Assembly (NCBI RefSeq): GCF_009914755.1
Contig: NC_060933.1
DNA: 64,000 bases
Reading direction: 5' to 3' (one strand)
Origin: the human T2T-CHM13v2.0 reference genome, Homo sapiens
Below the pieces are notes generated by a model. The model had not been told where the DNA came from. It was given only the letters and a program-made list of their open reading frames with translations, and searched no databases. Of the stretch, positions 58,281 through 64,000 are shown piece after piece. The position numbers were made by a program, and so were the translations under genes. How positions within the stretch are numbered: the first letter of the stretch is position 1; every line of letters starts with the position of its first letter.

Positions 58281-59277
58281 CTGAGCAAAACCAAAAAAAA
58301 AAGAGAGGGGGAGAGAGAGAAATGGCATAATTCAGAGATAAGGAGGAACCCTCTCAGGTATGCGGATTGCAACATTAGTGCAAGGGTGGGATTTGAGGGG
58401 TGGGTAGGCAAGCCGGCTGGAAAAGCCTATAAGCATAAGACAGGGCTCAACGAGCACCGCAGATGCTGGAAGAAGGGTGCGCTGGTGGTGAAGTGGTACA
58501 CTTTGCCACTTTCCTGTAAAGCCATTTGGCATTATCTTGGCCTGGAAATCTCATTTCTAAGATATTCTCATCATGGAAAGTGCAGCTAAAGATAAATTTA
58601 AGAGAATATCCACTGCAGCCTTATTTGATAGTAAAAATTTACAAAATCACCTACATGTCCCAAAATAGGGGATTTGTTAACAAATTACAATACACACATC
58701 TGGTGGAATATTATGCAGCCATTAAGGCTTTCTGAAAAATATTCCACAATATGGGTGAATGCCCACAATGTCATAATGAGTTGAAAAGAACAGGGAATAA
58801 AAGTACATAGAAAGTTGTTCACAATCTGAGAGAGAGAGACGAAAAAAAACAGATTGGAAAGAGTATTCAATATTAATACCAGTGCATTCTTGGGTGGCTC
58901 TGCAAGGAAAAAAAATGTTAACACTGATCATTTCCGGATGGGAGAATTATGGGTGCTTTTTATCGTCTTGACTATACTTTTCTAAATTATACAAACTCTT
59001 AACGATCGATATGCATTTCACAATTAATTGGTTTTAATAAAAAACGCGAGTTAGTGATCTGTTTCTGTATCTCTGGAGCACACCCCGAGACGACACAGCT
59101 CAGGGCATGTCCTGGTTAAACATTTGCAAAGAACGCTGTTCTCCAAGTTGGGCAGTGGAAGGTGTACAGTGTGTCAAGAGAAAAATCTACGTCTGAGGAG
59201 ATATTTGTGACAGCGACCCGGACGCGGATGTGTCTGTCGTCCCCGCCGCCTCCTCCTCCTCCCCGCGTGGTACCCAC

Positions 59278-59337
59278 CTCACCCCGTTGGGCCTCTTCCT
59301 CAAGTTCTGTACCTCTCTGGTCTCTTCCAGTTTTAAT
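59278..59337 (-). CDS. C9orf78: C9orf78 exon 2
   Basis: tttaaag|ATTAAAA; LKLEETREVQNLRKRPNGV; AG|gtgggt; 60 nt. Confidence 0.93.
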
Positions 59338-59709
59338 CTTTAAAAAGAAGAAGAAGCAGCAATGCATAAGCTGAGTGATTCCCCGCGGAATCCAAAGCTA
59401 ACAGAGCCAATAAGGCACCTTCGAGGGCATCCCAGCCCAGCTACTGAGCCACCAGCACAGTGGTCCAGAGGACGACCTTGTGCCTAGACCCACCGGGAGT
59501 CAGAGCCACTGCGCATCCCGGAGGCATCTCTCTCAACCGTTCGAGCTTGGGGCGGTGGCCTCACCCCTTGAGCCTCAATTTCTGCGTCCGCAGAAGGAAC
59601 CACCACCCGAGCTCACAGTTAACAATGTCAGCGAAGCGCCGAGCCGGTGGTGAGTCCCCCAAACAAGTCTATCTTTACCAAGCCTATGGGAGCCCCGCCC
59701 CAAACGCAC

Positions 59710-59792
59710 CGAACCTCCTCTGAGTCCTGCTCATCTTCCTCTGACTCCGAGTCGCCCCGGCGGCGACGGAAAATCTTCCGGACGACCGGCAT
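59710..59792 (-). CDS. C9orf78: C9orf78 (spliceosomal Tls1/HCA59 family) exon 1
   Basis: ACCATGC start; MPVVRKIFRRRRGDSESEEDEQDSEEVR; CG|gtgcgt; 83 nt. The nine exons sum to 870 nt = 289 aa + stop. Confidence 0.95.
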
Positions 59793-60030
59793 GGTGACAA
59801 CGGCCGAGTTGTACAGCCGCCGCGCCTCTGCGCAGCGGCCCAGGCTGCTTCCGGCGCGCGGCAGAGCGGTCAGAGCGCCTGCCCCGTCTGGCCCCGCCCC
59901 CGGCACGCACAGTCCGCGTGGCCACGCCCCCTCTCCTGGCGTCAGCCTCTTCCGATTGGACGGCAGAGGGAAGGAGGTGGGGCGTCGCCAGACGGCCCCA
60001 CAACCCTGCGCGTCGCCTCAGAGGGGGCGC
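59793..60030. promoter_or_regulatory. Bidirectional CpG-island promoter shared by C9orf78 (-) and USP20 (+)
   Basis: CpG island about 59200-60680; ETS CTTCCGG 59848-59854; GC boxes CCCCGCCCC 59892-59900 and GCCACGCCCC 59921-59930; inverted CCAAT (ATTGG) 59955-59959. Confidence 0.85.
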
Positions 60031-60070
60031 GCTTGACTGACAGGCGGCGGCGGCGCAGTTGCGAGTGCAG
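60030..60070 (+). other. USP20: Non-coding first exon, likely USP20; intron 1 runs past the window end. The start coordinate is approximate.
   Basis: Consensus donor GCAG|GTGAGT at 60070/60071 within the island. The gene identity comes from known gene order (TOR1B-TOR1A-C9orf78-USP20), not from coding sequence. Confidence 0.7.
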
Positions 60071-63000
60071 GTGAGTTCCGGGCCGCCACCGGCTGCTTCT
60101 GTGGGCCGGGCCTCTGAGCATTGGCGACCCCAGCCCGGCTCCGGGCTGACAGGGCCTGGCTTCGCCAGGTACGCCAGACGCAGCGGCCCGGTGAGCGGAG
60201 CCCGGGACCCCCCCGGCCGCCGCCGCCCCTCTCCCCTCCTCCGGTCGGCGCCCAGGGGGGCCTCTGGGCCCCAGCACCACCCCACTCTGAGCTCCCTGGG
60301 GGCTCGTGGCTTCTCCAGAACCGGGGCCGCCCCCCTCTCATTTCTGCCGGGGCCTGACCTAGCGTTGAAAGCATCCGCGTGGCGTCTCGCGTCTCGGGCG
60401 CTGACTTTTCTTTCCTCGGGCTCTGAGCCCTGACGTGCGTTTTTTTCTTTCGGAACAAAAGATGACCACTTCTCTGCGGTGCTGACTTAGAGTCCCAGCG
60501 CCGACTGCCTCACAAATAATGGCCCCCAGCTTCTCCGCGAGGAGAGGCGCGTCTGATGTTTTGAAGCCACGCAAGAGGGTTTGAGCCGGGGGACTCCTCC
60601 TCGGTGCTTGCCGGCCACCCCCCTGGACCTTCACGGGTCTGGTTTTCCTCCTTCGGCAGGTCTGTCGCTCTACCCTCTGCCCCTTCCACCCCGAAGATGC
60701 TGTGAGGATAAAGTTTATTTGAAAAACTGGTATCAGCAAACGCTTAGGAAATACCTAAATGCATAAATAATGGCTTCTAGGACTTTTAAGAACCCCTTAA
60801 GTAACAGTAGTTTTCCTTTTCTCAGTGTCATCCCTTACTTTGAGAACTACCTCTTATTAAGCAGTTACTATGTGGCAGGCCCTGGGCAAAGCATCATCTC
60901 ATTGAATTCTCCCAGCAATCCTTTGAGGTAGATTGTTTTTCGTTTTACAAATGAGAATGCGGAGTCTCCGAGGGGCAGTGCACGCCTCAAGTTACCCAGC
61001 TAGGAGGTGGAACAGGAATTGGTTGCAGGTCAGTCTCTGCCGCACGGTTTGCACAGGGCCTGGCACGGTAGGAGTGCAGTAGATGTTTGCTGCTGCTGCA
61101 GCTGCTGTTACATCTCATTGGCTAGGGGGAGGGGCCGATGGGGGCTGTCTGGGGTTCCCCTTTCTGGAAGACCATTCCGAAGCAGGGCAGCATTTCTAGA
61201 ATGCCTTACGTTTTCTCTGGAACAGTCTCCACTGAGATTGTTCTTCTCTTCCTTGGGCTGGAAAAAATAGTAGACTCGGGACTTCTTGCACCAGCGTTTT
61301 ATCTTTGGTCAAAAGCCATATATTAAAGTCTCAAAGTCTTGCCCTCTGCAGACTGGTTCAGCCAAACCCAGATGCACGTGCACTCACTGGATACGGAGTC
61401 CCTGTCAGATGATGGAGAGGCTCCTTGGGAATTGCTGCAGGAGTCCAGGGGGTCAACGTCTGCAGCTCTCACGCTCTCAGAGGTGGCTCTGAATCTGCCC
61501 ATCAAGCAGCCCATCCACCAGGGGGTACTGGACACTACTAAGGAAAGGGCAAGAAGGCCAGGGGCATTTCTGGACCCTCCTCCTCAGCTGAAGTCCCAGG
61601 GTACAGATGAGCTGCTCCCACCCTTGCTCCATGAGGCCAGAGGACCCAGTGATAACCACCACCTGTGCTGTGGCAGATCTAATTGAGTGCTCTTTAGCAA
61701 AAGGAATGCTGAAAAAGTGGCAGCTATGAATCTGGCAGTAAGTGGCTTTGCCAAGAGACTGCAGCCCAAGTCTCACTGGGCCCTTTTAAGCGTAGGATGA
61801 GACTGTCTCTCAAAAGGACCCTCCGAGAAATACAGGTTCTATGCAGTTCAAAGATGAATCCAAGGTCTTAGTCTTGTTTGGGAGTTCAGTTGTTTTAAGA
61901 AAATGTACAGATTCAACCTAGGTTTTGGTTGGTTTCCTAGCTCCTTTCTGGAGCCAGATGAAATGTTGGCTTGTTTCAGGGTTCAGGGAGCATTCATGTC
62001 CGATTGGATTTGGGATCCAGCAACGTGATACAGTTCACAGCCCAGCTATAGTCGGCATCCAATAAATGTATTTATTGGATCAATGTATTCAACAGATTCT
62101 TAGCATTTACTATATGAGCAGGCACTGTTCTAAGTGCTTGAAATAAGTCAGCAAAAGAGACAAAAGATCCCTGATTAGTTGAGTGTATGTTCTCACAGTA
62201 AAGTATGTAAAGTGTGTTAGAAGATGGTAAGTGCTGTGGAAAAGAAACAAATAGAGCAAAACAAGGGAATCACCTCCGGGAGGGTGGCAAGGTTGAGTTG
62301 CAAATTAAAATTAGCGCATTCTGGTTTGGGATTTGGTTGGAAACATGACAGATAAAGCAGTGGATTGAATGATAGGCCTTGGGTTCCAGTCACTGCCTGG
62401 TGGTTTTAGGGGTCTGTAAGCTTGAACTTTATTTTACAAAAGCTTTTATTTAGAGTGTACACCCTGAACTCAAGTCCTGATTGTGGGGTATTTAACAGTG
62501 ATGAAAGAGCCAGGCTGTTCTTAGCCTTTTACCTTAGCAAGACAAACAGTATCCAACTGGTTCTCATTAGCATGAAGGAGGAAACTTGGAGAAGCCATGC
62601 ACGTTGACAACAATTTTTTTTTTTTTTTTTGAGACGGAGTCTCACTCAGTTGCCTAGGCTGGAGTGCAGTGGTGCGATCTTGGCTCACTCCAACCTCCGC
62701 CTCCCAGGTTCAAGTGATTCTCCTGCCTCAGACTCCTGAGTAGCTGGGATTACAGGCGCCCACCACCACACCTGGCTAATTTATGTATTTTTAGTAGAGA
62801 CGGGGTTTCACCATGTTGGCCAGGCTGGTCTCAAATTCCTAACCTTGAGTGATCCGCCCGCCTCAGCCTCCCAAAGTGCTGGGATTACAGGTGTGAGCCA
62901 CTGTGCCCGGCTAACAACAAATATTTAAAGGCAGGAAAGTGGCAGTGCTCTTTGGCTCCAGTGAGCAGTCATGGCTCAATAAATAGAAATTTCAGGAGAG

Positions 63001-64000
63001 CCAATTTCCATTGATTATAAAGACTTAGGTTTGTAGCAACTAGAGCTGCCCTCTGGGAAAAGGGTGATTTTATCATCAACGACTGCTCAAACTGGGTTTG
63101 GAGAACAACCCAGTAGGGCTTTTACAGAGCAGAGTTGTGCCTTAAGGGGAAGATGCATGGTTTCTAAACCCCTTTAAACTCTGAGATTGCATGGGGGAAG
63201 GCAGCTGCAGATCATGCTGCCTGAAAAGAGAGGATCTGATTTCAGGCCCCAGAAATCATGATTTTCCTAGTTCTTAGTTTCCGCATCTCTAATGTGAGTT
63301 TTTTCTAAGGTTTCTAGTCTGAGCTTCGAGACTGAGTTTCTGCTCATGCTTACTCACCACTGAGTGTGAGGCTTTTAATGACCTGGGCCAGTGACTGGCT
63401 GCAGCCTAGGGTAGCCCCAAACCCACGCCTTCTCCAATTAAGGGACTCTTCCGGACAGAGCTCAGAGCAAAGGGTAGTAGCAGGCTTTGAGCTGCAGGGA
63501 GATACTGTCATATCCTAGACTGAAGGAAGTTAAGCTGAGCAGAAAAATGCTCTGAAGAATGACTCAGAAGAGGCTCTTGTGAGGAAGCTTCCTTGGAGTA
63601 CGCGTGTTTGGATTTGGGGAGGTGAAGGTCGTCCCCATGCCAGGCTGGCCGGGGCTGTTTGTGACATCGTGGAGCTGAGTGTTCAGAGCATGGGCTTCAG
63701 GGCAGGTAGTCGTGGGTTCGAATTTTGGTTCTGCAGCTCAGTAGCTGTGTGACCTTAGCCAGTTATTCCACTTCTCTGAGCCTCGGTGTCTCCATTGTTA
63801 GTGATGGAGATGGATTTAGTTTGGAACCTTGCCACCTCCCAGGGTGGTTGTGAGGGTCCAGTGAGGTCACATGTGAGAACACCAGACTAAGATGTTAGTG
63901 TCAGTTCCAATATTCAGGGCCGTGGGGCAGGGGGAAGGGCGATGAGGAGACACAGAAGTGTGTGGGCAGCAGAGACTGTGGAAGTGCGGAGGCATGGGGA

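Noticed and set aside
60071-64000. USP20 coding exons
   Set aside because: No ZnF-UBP or USP-like translation seen; the sequence looks intronic, with MIR/L2/Alu remnants.

Overview
Human (primate) genomic DNA, very Alu-rich, recognisable from the encoded proteins as the 9q34.11 torsin locus. It holds three complete spliced genes that I could assemble by hand with correct splice phases. TOR1B is on + (5 exons, 27791-34162, 336 aa). TOR1A/DYT1 is on - (5 exons, 38551-48652, 332 aa, wild-type GAGGAG at E302/E303) and lies tail-to-tail with TOR1B. C9orf78 is on - (9 exons, 52731-59792, 289 aa). A non-coding first exon, most likely USP20, is transcribed divergently from the C9orf78 CpG island. The first ~27 kb has no protein-coding gene but carries an Alu-interrupted UBE2V1 processed pseudogene, a HERV-H (LTR7-family) solo LTR with a perfect 5-bp TSD, MaLR/L1 fragments, STRs and candidate enhancer motif clusters. 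Most notable: (1) the UBE2V1 retrocopy appears to join parent exon 1 directly to exon 3, a fossil of an exon-skipped, frameshifted mRNA; (2) both torsin paralogs share a GC-AG intron 2 whose read-through stays in frame; (3) TOR1A has an in-frame upstream ATG inside a YY1 motif; (4) G-rich tandem repeats sit next to TOR1A splice sites. I found no convincing wholly new biological system. Nearly all other entries in the ORF track are Alu or low-complexity artefacts.
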